Assembly (NCBI GenBank): GCA_002633005.1
Contig: NMRA01000607.1
Span: 185,998 to 249,997 of the forward strand
Length of the DNA stretch: 64,000 nt
Source of the DNA: Phoronis australis
Taxonomy: Eukaryota; Animalia; Phoronida
Direction: 5' to 3'
The notes under the pieces are model-generated. The model saw only the letters and a list, made by a program, of their open reading frames with translations. It was not told the DNA's origin and made no database searches. Below are positions 13,487 to 26,019 of the stretch, in pieces. A program made the position numbers and the translations under genes. Every line of letters starts with the position of its first letter. The stretch's first letter is position 1.

Positions 13487-14873
13487 GGCCCGGTCTCCAA
13501 TCTCCGTACTCAGACTCATACTCATACTCGAGATTTCATACTCAAAATCGTGCTCACTGGAGTCGTACTCAAAAAAGCGTATCTAATGTCGTATTTCGAG
13601 TAGACTCCAAACGTACTCAAATCTGACTCTCATACTCGAGTTGCTATGGAACTCTTTATGATGTGAAATGCAAAATCACGCAAAGCCGCGCTGATTCATC
13701 GCTCCCTATTGGAATAGACCACCCCAAGAACTAGGCCTACATTATCGTCTGCTGTCGCTACAACTACAAGAGTATGTCTATAACGTGGAATTCTGAGTGT
13801 TCTGTAACTGTTATTCATTTTTTAGTTTCAATAAATATTCTTATGCCATTTCTTTGATACATTTGGCAATTATTAAGCTTTACTTCTTGAGTTCCTCACC
13901 CAGTCCCGAAAATGTCTTAAGAAATATGTAACAGCTTATCACATCACATCTCTGTTGCTAATTTAGTCTTGACATAAAACCCATTGCTGTGTAGGCCTAC
14001 GCTGATGTCAAACTTTGATACTGTATCTTTGTATTTTACCGGGATGTATCAAGTGAGTTGACATTTGGCACGTGAGTTAAAAAACAATACTTGTGCAGGC
14101 ATTCAGAGTTCACCAGTGGCAGTGAACGGGACGAGACGTCTACTTAGAAATCGGCAAACAAAATCTGGAATTCCATTTGGGGATTGAGGAATTATAGATG
14201 ACTAAGTTATGATGAGAAATGTACCTGACAGGGAAGCGAACTGTTTTTAACTTCCCTCCCCTCCTCGTCTTTTGGAAACCCTACAAAACGTAGGCACACA
14301 TACCGAAATAAGGGCAGCACAAACTTCTCACACGACTTTTCCCACAACTGCTTTCGACGCTTGTTATGACTCGCCGACAAGGGATTACAATGCGCCTGTT
14401 GCCAGGAATTGTAGAGGTAGAATGGCGGCCATAACATACAGTGATACGGCGAGTTAATAAGGTGAAGAATAAGAAGATTTAAGATGAAAACTATTATCTC
14501 TGAACTGAAATTGAAGTGCTGAGATACGGTAAGAGGACTTATTTTTTTAGATTTGCTGTGTTTCTTGGTTCTCTTTCGATATTTTGTTCTCTGGCTCGTA
14601 TTTATTTTCGAGTACGATTTCAAGCACACTGCCATACCAAACTTGAAATTTGAGCATAGACTCCAAATTTTTACTCAAAATCGTACTCGAAATATAGATG
14701 AGATACACTTCAGTTCGAGTACACTCGAAAACTGAGTACGTGCTCGAAATTTCGAGTACAGATTTTTCGAGTATGACATTGAATACACCAAAGCTGAGTC
14801 TGTACTCGAGTTGAGTATGAAGTGTGAGTTTGAGCATGATTCGAGTCTGAGTACGGAGATTGGAGACCGGGCC
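13487..14873. mobile_element. Non-autonomous PIF/Harbinger-like DNA transposon
   Basis: TIR GGCCCGGTCTCCAATCTCCGTACTCAGACTC at both ends, CAG target-site duplication (13484-86 and 14874-76), and many subterminal TACTC(G/A) repeats. Confidence 0.85.
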
Positions 14874-15655
14874 CAGGTATTCTGTCGTGATTAGCCAGCA
14901 GTCAAGACATGAATTCAGCACGCACTCAAATGCCTGCCTATTAGCAGTTATAACAGGGAGCTAATGGTCATTTTTCCAATTGTTCTCAGCGTGCACTGTA
15001 CATGTTCAAAGAAAGATTGGTATAATAAATATCAACTTCGCTGTTTTGAAGTCAATCAGAAAGAAATGCTGAACTTGTAGAAGAAATTTAAACCATACAT
15101 TTAAGCTGCGTTCCGCCCTGTCAAATGGCTTCAAAACGAAAATTACATTAGAACTTTTGTTTTCATAATATCCCGTCCCTTGGCAACATGTTATTTTCAG
15201 TAGCATCAATAACACTAAAACCACCAGCGATTCAAGCAGGTTTCGATTTCAAGGGAGTTGGGCAGCCCTAACTTTGCGAATTCTCAAATGGCGCACGAGC
15301 GCACTGCCTGGAAACTGAGGCCCATCACTGTATTACGCTGCCGATTTTAGGCCCGATTCGACTTTCATTAAATTTCGTGTCAGCAAAACAGGGCAAAATC
15401 CAGCTGTTAACCTTTTGAACTTTGACTACTAGATCCGTTAAATCTGTGAAACAAAACCAGGGGAAACATTCGCACCTCTAAGCACGTGATCCATTTTGCA
15501 CAGTGAGGAAGTAGTTTAGCTAATCAATATCGTACACATGTATCCAAAACAAGACTACAGCAGTAGGAACGGATTTGGGCGCAATCTCAAAACCAACATG
15601 GAATACACTGTATACATGTATATCATGTTGGGTTGGCATTCATCATGTTACTCAC

Positions 15656-16339
15656 GAAAGCATGACGGTAGTACACAGCCCGTTAATTCCGTAGTGTTAC
15701 CGAGGCAGCGTAGACCTCCAAAGGCTGGTAGTGGGTTCGTACAGCTACGAGACCTGTTCCGAAATGTGAATCCGCAATCTCCTGAGCAGTTAGACCAGTT
15801 CGACCAATCAGACCAGCTTCCGTTGATAGGGCATGGATCGTTGTAACACGTGGATACTTCGGAGCTATTTCCAGAGCAGTTACTACCTCCGTGTTGCGGA
15901 GAAGGTTTCGAGCAATATCGTCTTCTCTCCTTGACAGAAGTGCCGCATTCCGCGGTACAGTTCGACCAAGGAGACCAACTCGTCCAATTTCCATGAACAG
16001 GACAGGATAGTTCGTTGCAAGGAGAAACAAGAAATTTCCTTCCTTCACAGTCAAATCCACCACTAGATGGCGCTGGATTTGTACAACTACGCGTGCGCAT
16101 TTGTGATCCTCCTCCACACGTTCTGTTACATGGACTCATTTCGCTCCATCCAGACCAACTCCCATTCACTGGACAAGTAAGTGTGTTGCAGAGATCTGTT
16201 TCCGAACTGTTGCCTGTGCACGTTAATCCCCCATTAGCTGGTGAAGGATTTGTACAATGCCGCGTGCGGTTTCGCGTACCCCCGCCGCAGGAAACGCTGC
16301 ACGGTGTGTAACTTGTCCATTCAGTCCATCCTCCTTGCA
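15656..16339 (-). CDS. Exon 7, four TSP1 repeats (hemicentin/coadhesin-like)
   Basis: Lies within ORF 15648-16436. CTTAG acceptor and GTGAGT donor; 684 nt = 4 x 57 aa WxxWxxWxxCS..CGGG..R.R.C.NP.P..GG..C.G units, phase 1-1. The downstream exon was not found. Confidence 0.93.
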
Positions 16340-16855
16340 CTAAGCGGAAATAAATGTCAAAGATAATAGCGTTTGCTTTACGAAACTGAAATAGCAGCCA
16401 TGGATGGTACTCCGAGCATGGTAGTTGAAAAGACATATTTTGAAATCAGGCGTGGGCGTTTTCCCGAAAAACCGATTCGAGTGAGCGGCGCGCTCGGAGA
16501 CTTAGGAGTAATTATATAGGTCAACAGTCAAATAAAACTCTTTGCGGCGTTCACCTAACCTGGCTCGTTTAACTAACAAATAAAATTGCTTAAAACTTAG
16601 CAGTGGGCTTAGTAAGAAGTTTCAGTTGCAGAGTCGCGTGAGCATTTTTGCTGACAGTTGTCAATTGCTTGAACATGATGAGTGTCAATTGTTGCATTTT
16701 GCAACTTTGTGGGTTATTTTGAAATACCTGAAATCTAGCTGTATAAATGGCGGGCAATATTTGTGTACAACCCAGTTCTTGATAAGGTATGTAATCTAAA
16801 CGGTACTAAACGTCCAAGCGGTTCCCTTCACGTGTCAATCACACGCGTTACATAC

Positions 16856-17026
16856 CAGGTGGACAAGCTTGGTTTTCAGATGACAATCCAAAGCAGTGGC
16901 GACCCTCTTGGTTGTCAACGCAATCTCTGGCTCTAATTCTCGTAGCAGACGTTAAGCCACAGTCCGACCAGTTACTCCATTCTGTCCATTTACCGTATAT
17001 GTGCTCCGTAAAAATGCTTATACCCG
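16856..17026 (-). CDS. Exon 6, one thrombospondin type-1 repeat
   Basis: TTTCAG acceptor and GTATG donor; 171 nt, phase 1-1. Encodes ...YGKWTEWSNWSDCGLTSATRIRARDCVDNQEGRHCFGLSSENQACPP. Confidence 0.85.
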
Positions 17027-18502
17027 CTGAAATGCATACGTGTAAATATAAACCTACATGTTACGGATATACATGCATCTTATACTAGGAAAAGACTTCA
17101 GTGAATTTCTTTGACCAGTTTTTGCACCTGAATTGAGCAGCCATCGGCAGGGTGATTCGTAGTGATATGCAACCGACGCCATAAATCACCGATGTCGATA
17201 CATTGGTTTTCAGACCCAAACAGGTGATGATGACCGAGATAGAACCAAGGTCACCATCATATTTTGAGGTCTCAAAACCAGTATATTGACGGAGTTTAAA
17301 AGTCAATTAATGTTTAGGCTTTCGATCGTATGTCTCAATTACTAGTTCGGACATTCAGCTACCTGCTTTTGCTCAAAACGTCGTGAAGCAAACTTGAATA
17401 AAATAATCTCAAGGAGATTATGCGAATGGAAAAACCAACAGTCGATTATATTTTTGGAAAAGTAGACAACAACACAGTCGACAAATATCATTTAGCAGTA
17501 CAAAAGAAATATTGCTAACTACGTTTCTACACGCACCGTGTACATGCGTTAACGTTCCCGCAAATACACTGTGTTGAAAGTTGGTCTGACAGTGAACATT
17601 TTAGCCTTTGAAATCACTCCTTGTGTTTCATGTCGGAAAGGCTTAGAAGGGTTTGTGTTTTACGGTTATATGTATTTATAAATAAACGTAATGTTGGTTT
17701 CCGAATAACATGACAAGAATTACCATACGTCCGTCACTCGTGGTCAAAGCGAAATGCTGCACCAGACCTTTTGACCCGGAAGCTAGGATACCGTGATAGA
17801 CTTTGGGCCTGTTCCAAGAAACTGACTTGAGTTCATTTTTACTGAAGTATAAGATTTGCCTAACTTCCAAACTTTGAAACTTCCACATTTGGAAATTTAG
17901 TCAAAATTAAGACAAAACTTAGGCCATACACTTAAGTCAAACTTAAGATCTCTTTCTTAATTTGGTTTTGAGACAAATTTAACTTTAATTTTAAAATTTA
18001 ATAAAATTTAAGATTTGTCTTAGCTTAGTCAGTTTTGTTGGAGCTGGCTCCTTGTCTTTACGCATTAACAACAACTAAAAAATTCAAAATATTTGAAGCG
18101 GTCATGAGCCCGTCTCATAAAAAATCAAAACACTTTTGATTTAGACCGCTAATTGTTATGCAATTGGTTTCCACTTGCCCCTTACCAAAATTGGACTTCA
18201 AAATGACTATCTTTTCCTTATTGCTTGCGATATGTCAGTACAAGCCTGCGTGTTTCACCGTGTCATTGTTTGCACCGAAAAGCTTGTAACCCGTGACAAA
18301 CCGACAATTCTTTAGAAGCGCATAAATTTTCTTCTCACCTGAGTTATGGTCAAATTCAGTGACACGAAAAATTAAGCCGTAAGTTGCCTGAATCAAAAGT
18401 TGACTTCTTGGACCGTGCTTAGTTACATACAATGTAATTACTTTAACCATTATGGCTTTGATTATAATGCTGAAAATGCTGAAAATGCTCAGCGCTACCT
18501 AC

Positions 18503-18644
18503 CGTAATAAGGATATCCATAGACCTCTAAACGCATTATCATTGGCAAGCCAACATCAAGTGGTTTGACTTTAACGTGCTGAACTACGGTTGGAGTAGAT
18601 AGTTTCTGTACTGTCAGGTCATTGGGATTTGAATTCCCGAGGAA
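18503..18644 (-). CDS. Exon 5, C-terminal part of F5/8 type C domain
   Basis: CCAG acceptor and GTAGG donor; 142 nt, phase 0-1. Encodes FLGNSNPNDLTVQKLSTPTVVQHVKVKPLDVGLPMIMRLEVYGYPYY (F-x-GN...MRLEVYG signature). Confidence 0.85.
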
Positions 18645-18831
18645 CTGGTTTTAATAGAAAACAATACAGAACATTAAAAACCTGGCAACGAAGGTTTCTG
18701 TAAGTAAATTCGGAACATGTAGTTCACATTATGGTAATATGATTTAGCTTCAGCATCGTTAATAAACCTGGAACAGCACATTATACAAAACTGTTAGTGT
18801 TTAAACCACCCGAATAACAACTATTACTAAC

Positions 18832-18948
18832 CTCCTTGCAACTGGAATTGCCGGCAGTTTCCTTGAAGCACACAAAATCCGTCCCATTCTGTGATACGTA
18901 AAATTGATAAGAAGTCACCCAAGCTCTATTTCTACCACAGGAGCCACC
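18832..18948 (-). CDS. Exon 4, middle of F5/8 type C domain
   Basis: TTTCAG acceptor and GTTAG donor; 117 nt, phase 0-0. Encodes GGSCGRNRAWVTSYQFYVSQNGTDFVCFKETAGNSSCKE (WVTSY...S-x-NG motif). Too short for the ORF track. Confidence 0.85.
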
Positions 18949-19198
18949 CTGAAAGATTCGTTGCTACGGTGAACAAGGATTATTGCACGTGCACTGATAC
19001 GCCATTAAATGTAACAATTTTGTAAAATGTAAAATAACGTAGAAAATAATTCTGAAACTAAATAAGGCGATCCACATCCTCTCAAGGCCACTTTTGTTTG
19101 GACAAATGAAGAATATGTATAGGCAAATAAAACAACAATCTATTAACTGAAATTTTCGGATAATGGAAAAAAAACTCCAATACCCCAGGACCCCTCAC

Positions 19199-19276
19199 AG
19201 ACTCAAAAGAGAACAATTTGGGATAGATAAACTTAACACTCTTGAACCCAATGGATTGAACGTAAAGACGCCTTAA
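19199..19276 (+). mobile_element. Penelope-like element fragment (GIY-YIG endonuclease C-terminus)
   Basis: Translates RLKREQFGIDKLNTLEPNGLNVKTP*, matching RExxWIxxLxTxxPxGLN. Confidence 0.75.
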
Positions 19277-20755
19277 ATCATATCCTTTACTTTTTTCCTC
19301 AACATTGTATCATATTCATTACGCCATACTGTATATCAGATGTCAATTGTCATGTAGTGTTTGACTTTACTTTATTTCTGTTTCTGTTGGCAAAAGAATG
19401 TTATTATATCCGAAAATTTCAGTTGATCCATTACCGTTGTTTTATTTGCCTATATGTAAAATGTAATAGTTGTTACATTTTACATCATTGTTACATTTAC
19501 ATGTACGTTGCTAGGTCACTCCAGGTTGTTACAATTCATGTCGAATGTACACGCGAAAAATGTACCATTGTTACATTTTACGAAAGTGACGTCATATTTC
19601 ATGAGTTTGCGTCGTATTTGTCACACGGAAAAAGCTTCACACACTAAACGTCTTCTTTCTCGGAATGTCAGAATGAAAATGTGTCAAATGTGCAAGCTCA
19701 AGTTTATAGAAGTGTCCCTAAGTGCTTTCCATTTTATAACACAATTAGTTTCTTGGTGTAGTCAAAAATGTGTCTCTTACAGTTTCAACTGCAGACGGAA
19801 GGAGTTTCCAGGATCAGGTAACATTTTTTGTTGTTAAAACGTTCTTGCAATCTTCGTGGGTGCTCACAGTAGACGCATTTCCGTTGATAAGCACAACAGA
19901 AATAATGACATCGTATGTTAGCTAATATTTATCTTATTTTTTCTGGAACAAACTACCATAACAAATCTTTACGAAGAATTCACTTTTGAAAGCCAATTTG
20001 ATAGAAAAACACTCCCGTTTATTCCACGATAGCTTTATTTATTTCAGCCATTGTTTTATTGCCTTGGAGTCATCTGCAGTAATTTCCCTGCTCCAAACAA
20101 AAGGAGCGAGACCAAAGTTTCTGATGGCGACGGGTTTTGTCTACCATCTTAGTTGTGAGGGAAGGAAATAAAAGCACGCATTTATTTCCAGGCAGGTTGG
20201 CAGATATTTACCAGTGCAACAGCAGAAATTCGCTTTTGAGAAGCGCGAGCCAATAGTTTAAAAATGTAGCGGCATAGCAACGTGTTTTAAACAGCTTACA
20301 GTCTGAAAGACATATCATTTTTCCTATGATGCCAAACCCTTCGGAGTAGTGGTGGTTGCAACAGATCAGACCGTGACGTGTACATGTGTACGTAAAAATG
20401 GGAGGTCCAGCTGGGGAAATAGAAAAATATTTCGGCACTCTGAAAGGACATCATCATTTTGCTCAAACAGGGTTAAGGTCGTTAGTTTAAATGACCAATA
20501 GTCCAAAAAAAGTTGACTGTCGGCCTTTCGGGCTACAAAAACATGCACTTTCTCTTTCCATTATCTTTTATGATAAAATTTCAATTGAAATTGCTATTTT
20601 GTCAATGTTCGTTAGTTCGAAGGACATATAAGTAAGAGATTGGACATTCTACTATCAATGGGCGTGAACCCCTTTCTAATTTTTGTGTTGCAGCTCGTTC
20701 TCAACAACACTCGTGGTTGCAGGCAGATTGAGGAATTAGGTATATCAACCCTTTA

Positions 20756-21571
20756 GGGCTGTTCCAGCAAAATCTGTATGGGAGGGGGGGAAAGGCACTT
20801 TTATTTCGTACCCACCGCCCGTATTTTTCATTTATTTCTCCAACCCATGACCCATAATTTTTTAATTATTTTTAATAGGTTAAAATATGAAATCCAACAC
20901 TTGCAAACAAATTGCCTCCAGGAGGACCTGTTAAGAACTTAGATGACTGACAGACAAGAACTAGTTGTCTTGTCCAATATTGTCAAAAACTAAAGTAGCC
21001 TGTGAGCAATACTTTTGGCAGCCACCAGGTGTCTCTGTTCACCATGTGTCTATAATTTCAATGAACATTTTTTTCATTTATAAGGATCTATGAATCTCAA
21101 ACTGTCTCCACGAACTCTTCTATACTTCTATGTCAAGTGAATATTGGAACTTGTTTATCTTACTCCTCATACTTTTTATTTAAAAATCATCAATTTTCTT
21201 ATATGTGTTAACACCAGTTCAGTGTTGCATAACTTTTCAATTCAATAGGACTGCAGACATACAGTTGGCTCAAATCAAGTTGCCCATGACTTGATTAATG
21301 GCTTAGTGAACATATTGCACTCTGTTCACTGGCAATATGGGCTTTTTTGTATTTGGATAAGTTAGGACAATTACATTTTTTTGAGTTTTTACGGCTGAAG
21401 TAACCAACCTATCCACATTAACAGATCAAAAAATACCACCCATTTTTAATGCTTCACTTCATACAGTAACGACCACCCATAATTTGAGGTTTTTTCTGAA
21501 GACCACCACCAATGAATTTTTATTTCTACTGCCGTCACCCCCCTCCCACACGGATTTTACTGGAACAGCCC
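20756..21571. mobile_element. PIF/Harbinger-like MITE
   Basis: TIR GGGCTGTTCCAGYAAAATCYGTRTGGGAGGGGG with a TTA TSD on both sides. Confidence 0.85.
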
Positions 21572-22337
21572 TTAGCTAAATTGCATAAAAAGCGCATATT
21601 AAACATCGCTGACTTCGACACTGGCCGTTTTTGCTCCGTCCCACCTTCAATGAAGCCCAGTTCAAATCACTCAATTAAATCACTGTGTTCTATGAATATT
21701 GGGTTCCGTTGCTCATAAAATTGTTCTGTGTTTTGTACGTAACCAGAGTTTCTAACAACACGGTGACCCCAGCCATTGCCGACTCGTCACCAGTTCTAGA
21801 AAAATGTCTGCATCCAGAGTTCAGCTTAACGCATTTTTGAACTTACGCATCATCGTGTAGCGGGCCCCAGGAGTGCTTTCCACAAGGGACAAAATAACAA
21901 CACAATGGGCATCTTCACGTTTACATGAAAGTCGCAAGTAAATGATTACAGTCTGAAGTCAGTTCTTCATGGCAAACTAGAGAAGGATATAGTTATATTT
22001 TCAAATAACGTGCTTGTCGCTAGTTCAGAAATTTTTGAAATTGGCACACGTCTAAACAATATTTTAAGTCTCGACCTCCTCCTTCACAAAAGTAGGCCTA
22101 CTCTGCATTCACATCTGTCAAAACCTTCCTCACAATATCGTTAAGGCTGAACATAGGAATCTCTTTAAAATCCTTTTGAAATAGCAATCGTTGTCCATTA
22201 TGGGAAGCCCGGTAAAAACATTGAACCGTAAATGAGATGATTTTTAAATCTTTGTCATCCATGATGTATTAGCACATTTCTAGACATGTATTGTGTATAT
22301 TGCAATGTGCCCTCGTTAAATAAATTGAAAAATTAAA

Positions 22338-22400
22338 ATAATAACAATAGTAGTAGTAGTAATAGTAGTAATAGTAATGTAGTAGTAATAAAAATGATAA
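22338..22400. repeat. (TAG/TAA)n microsatellite
   Basis: Directly visible; explains the poly-Tyr ORF on the minus strand. Confidence 0.9.
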
Positions 22401-24926
22401 TGGGTAGCCGAATTCATGCCCTCTCAGCGCGAGGGGCATTCCTACACAAGAGGTATAGCAAAAGTGCCACCCAAAAGGGCATTTTTTCACAGCAAACAGT
22501 ACTCTCCAAAATTACTCTCTAAGTAGGTCACATTTTATCACAGCCCACTCTCTAAATGCGTAGGTATCCAAATTTTCAGACAGCACACCTCAGTCAAAAA
22601 TATTCGAGTACCCCCGGGAGTGTCAGATACCACTTGTTCGTGATTTTAGTCGTATTCTTTGCAGTATGACTTTGGTTTCGTAAAATGTAACAATGACACA
22701 TTTCTCGTATGCACATTCGACGTAAAATGTAACAACTTGTTACATTTACATTTTAACAGAGGCCTAGCAACGTAAAATGTAACAATGACGTAACAGGTAA
22801 GAGTTGTTACATTTTTTCAAAATAGTTACATTATACGGCGTATCAGTGCATCCCAAATGTGAAGTGAATATTCTCACAATGACATCGCATTATCACGCTG
22901 AACAATGCACCTGACGTCATGCAACAACCAAACTCATCCAGCGGATAATGTTGAAGGTATACATTACATGTATATAGATAAATAGATAGGCAGGCAGGCA
23001 AGCAGGCAGGTAGGTAGATAGATAGAGAGAGAGGGGGGAGAGGGGGAGACGACACGACTATACTCGCAAGCCAGGTGGACAACGCGTAGCGCGAGGTCCA
23101 CCATATTGATGATGAACGCTTTGTAAATAAAAGCACAGTGGCCGGGGAATAAACTTTTAAAATTTTAAATACTAGCGAGATTATAAATTATAGGTAACAT
23201 AAAGCAACATAAACCTGTGACCCGCGCATTGTTTAAACGGCCATATAAGCCATTACAAAGACATAAGTCCTAATGCTTTGGCTGAAATTCTCACGGAGTA
23301 CTGCTGGGGCCTGAGAAGAGATTTTGCCGGCTCAATCAAAAAGACAATCACTGAAATGTTTTAGAAAATGGTATTAAACAGTGATTAACCCTTTTCGTCG
23401 TCATAATTGTATAGTGCCTATTTTTTCAGTTGGTTGTAAAGCGACTAGACGATCAGCTGTCAAGGGGCCGCTCTCCGGTGCGCCATAACACCACTGCATT
23501 CCCAAAGTTTTTAGTACGGTTCTAAACATTCCTTGACCCGACGCCACTTGATTTATTCTAACAAAAAGATTTGAGGCACACGCTCGAGTAAAACACTTGA
23601 ACATTAAGTACAAAAAAGTAATAGAAATCCATGGAGATTGATGAGCATGCAAACAGCAATATGCGTACATGTAAAACGGTCGCCATGCAACAGTTGACCA
23701 ATTGGAACTGTACTTGTTTGTGTACATGTGCATATTCGGAATTGAGGGCATAGGTCAGTTTGAATAAAAGCTGGGAGCAAAATTTTGCAAAACGATAGAG
23801 TTATAGATATGTTAACATTGAGTATTTCAATGAAAAAAGAAGAATGCACAGCACCAAAAACTCCCTGCACTGGTTTTGTAAGACACACATACAGTGTATA
23901 CATCAATTAGCCGCGTGAGCCTGTGAACACCACTGCCGGAAGGTCGAAGTATGCATTGATTTTGCACAGACCGGATTTCCCAAAAGGTGATTGGAGTGTT
24001 TATTTCAGGTTATACCAAAGAATAATAACTACATCTTTATGCAGACGTTTTTCAGAAAAAATAAAACGCACCTGTAAGGGGTGCTAAGTGTCTCAAGGAA
24101 AATTACTTCAGTGATACGCTACTTTTCTTGTCTTAGTACCTAATTCATCTTTGCGTGGTGAACTGGTAATTTATACAGTTTGAAACGACATGGTCTCACA
24201 GTAAAACAACCCGCCGCGGAACTAGAGTTGGTGCTCGCACTATGGCGTGCTCAAGCGGAAAATGTGCAACTGGGCATGGATGTCGACTGATTTATATGAG
24301 GAAATTGTATGTTATAATATTACCTCCGTTAAGTTAAAGAGTTATTCCCGCAAGTCTCTCGCCAGTGTCTAACATTTTGAGACGTGTCCCAGGGGGTGGG
24401 CGAAGTAAGTTTAACTATTTTACGAAGGCAGAGTTTAACATTCTAGGTTCCTAAACTATACGTGTAGCGGACTGTAGAACGCAAAAACACAACTCGCGTA
24501 CCTGCAAACACTGTTCAGATGCTCCTATACACGGGATCACAAAAAACGACCCATTCACACAAAAACACGGCCACGGACTCACATCCATTTAGAAACACGA
24601 CACACAGACCGACAGACACGTATAAAAAGTAGAAATCGACTTCGACAGCTGCGTAATAGGTGCAAAATTAAATAGATGTACATGTATAATTTTGATCACA
24701 AGTTTGTCTGTAATGTGACACGAGTGTGAATTGGAAATATTAAACAATATTTGAACTGCTTATTGTTCAAAAAATGATTGGCGTCCAAAATCTTTTTGTA
24801 TCATCAATTCTTAGTTTTGACCTTGAAAGTAGCGAATTTCTTTAATTTTTTTGGTTTCTTCTTTAAATGAAAATTTACTTGATTTGTTCAAGCAGTAAAA
24901 AGAACATTAGAAATGTGTTACAGCAT

Positions 24927-25087
24927 CAGTGCTGCAGTGGAGCTTAGGTGAACGTACCTGTAGGCGCAGCCAACCACCTTTGGCATTTGAACGTAGCGCC
25001 TACGCACCGTAAATTACGTTTAGTGCTCAAAGTGATACGGTAGGCTTTGGGCGCCTACTTACCTCTAATTTTACCACTACAGCCCTG
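24927..25087 (+). mobile_element. hAT-like MITE, copy 1
   Basis: CAG...CTG termini with imperfect 8-bp TSD (TACAGCAT/TGTAGCAT); inverted homologue at 43271-43442. Confidence 0.7.
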
Positions 25088-25426
25088 TGTAGCATACCTT
25101 GAATTATATGCCTCTTGTAAAAGTTAGCTTAAATTTTAATTTGGTACTAAAACAACACGTTTTAGGCAAAAGTGTACATGAAAATGGCCCTTTCTGTGAA
25201 GTAATAATCACTATTGCGCGCTACTTATCTGGGTAGCCAATGAGTCGGCATGCTTTATCGGTGTGAACCGTGTTCGGCGATCCGTGTGTCATGTTTTTTA
25301 AATGAATATGAGTCTGTGGCCGTGTTTTTGGGTGAATGATTGGTGAATGATGAGTTTATCTGTGCCCTTAACCATCAAATTCCTGCACGTTTCCACTGGT
25401 TTATAAGAGAATTGAATGTGCCTCAC

Positions 25427-25608
25427 CATTGTACCAATAGATGTCAGTACCCATGCGATGCCAAGGTCAATTTTTACAAAGCTTTCAGATGTTCCTTGAG
25501 CTGGGTTCCAGCCGCTCCCACCAAAATCAATAGTACACTTTTCGGAGAAGGTCGACGAGTAGAAGAATGCGTTAGTGGGTAGGTCAACCAAGGTCCTCGG
25601 TCTCATCT
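25427..25608 (-). CDS. Exon 3, N-terminal part of F5/8 type C (discoidin) domain
   Basis: TTTCAG acceptor and GTGAG donor; 182 nt, phase 1-0. Encodes ...GSGWNPAQGTSESFVKIDLGIAWVLTSIGTM (W-x-P...IDLG...I-x-T-x-G pattern). Confidence 0.85.
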
Positions 25609-26019
25609 CTGAAACATTAGAAACAACAACGCCGTCTTTGAAGCCAATTTATTGGATTCTTCCCACGAAAAGACGACACTTAATGTTAATAAATAAATCA
25701 AATTGATGCTGGAAAGCCGTGCAGTGACCGACGGATGTAAGAATATTAAAGTGTAAAAATAGTAATTAAAATAAAACGACGAGCGTCTGTATCATACCCT
25801 TGACAAACGGCGCAGCTAATGTTGCAATTCTCTCTGTTTAGATGGATAAAAACGAAATTCAAAATAAGCACGCCTTTTCACTCCGTTTGATGTAAATTTT
25901 ACAGAATTGTGCCCCAGGCTGACAGAACAGGGTTGAAAGGGAGAATCATTTATTTTTGTAATAAAAGCTTATAATTTCTTAGAAAAGTCGTTTTAAAATA
26001 TAGTTATCATTTAGGTCAT

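Larger units (their letters stand above)
18990..22850. mobile_element. Long inverted termini with AAAATGTAAC subrepeats (one large TIR element, or two inverted copies)
   Basis: TGCACTGATACGCCRTWWAATGTAAC at about 18990 and inverted at about 22825-22850. 19500-19640 is the reverse-complement homologue of 22630-22790. Confidence 0.65.

Noticed and set aside
13420-14921. ORFs inside the Harbinger-like element as transposase
   Set aside because: Short, derived from subterminal repeats, with no DDE or Myb motifs.
15538-16311. Plus-strand and alternative-frame ORFs over the TSP1 exon
   Set aside because: Shadows of the real minus-strand exon.
16340-16436. N-terminal 32 aa of ORF 15648-16436 as a true start
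   Set aside because: Intronic; an acceptor at 16340-41 joins in phase to the upstream TSP1 exon.
22269-23136. Poly-Tyr and low-complexity ORFs
   Set aside because: Translations of microsatellites.
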